In this document: piece by piece, positions 63,991-64,000 of the stretch
How positions within the stretch are numbered: position 1 is the stretch's first letter
Layout: every line of letters starts with the position of its first letter
Assembly: GCF_056746865.1 (NCBI RefSeq)
Contig: NZ_CM163382.1
Strand: one strand, 5' to 3'
Length of the DNA: 64,000 nt
Program-made: the position numbers and the translations under genes
The notes under the pieces: model-generated
What the model was told of the DNA's origin: nothing
Seen by the model: the letters and a program-made list of their open reading frames with translations, nothing else
Databases searched by the model: none

Positions 63991-64000
63991 ATAACTGGCG

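Overview
This window is ordinary Escherichia coli core chromosome, running from inside ftsK to the first codons of zapC (K-12 map order ftsK-lolA-rarA-serS-dmsABC-ycaCDM-pflAB-focA-ycaOP-serC-aroA-ycaL-cmk-rpsA-ihfB-ycaI-msbA-lpxK-ycaQR-kdsB-ycbJ-elyC-cmoM-mukFEB-ldtD-mepK-gloC-aspC-ompF-asnS-pncB-pepN-[IS]-ssuBCDAE-pyrD-zapC). I do not see a previously undescribed system here. About 48 intact housekeeping genes were recognised by reading the supplied ORF translations against remembered E. coli proteins; no BLAST or other search was run, and where the ORF track starts at an upstream in-frame codon I moved the start to the canonical one. The printed sequence ends at coordinate 63990, not 64000. 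The one clear accessory element is a 1432-bp IS3-family insertion sequence (IS150 group, IS1397-like) sitting in the centre of a REP/PU palindrome between pepN and ssuB, with a 4-bp TGAC target duplication, imperfect terminal inverted repeats and a canonical A_AAA_AAG -1 frameshift site. Two junctions look shorter than the K-12 MG1655 reference as I remember it: ycaN-ycaK are absent between ycaM and pflA, and the elf/ycb fimbrial operon is absent between ssuE and pyrD. Other features are REP/BIME repeats, a 39-bp in-frame tandem repeat in the ftsK linker, Rho-independent terminators and a few recognisable operator sites (FNR, OmpR, PurR, NadR-like). No CRISPR array, tRNA, rRNA, prophage, toxin-antitoxin or defence-island block was found.
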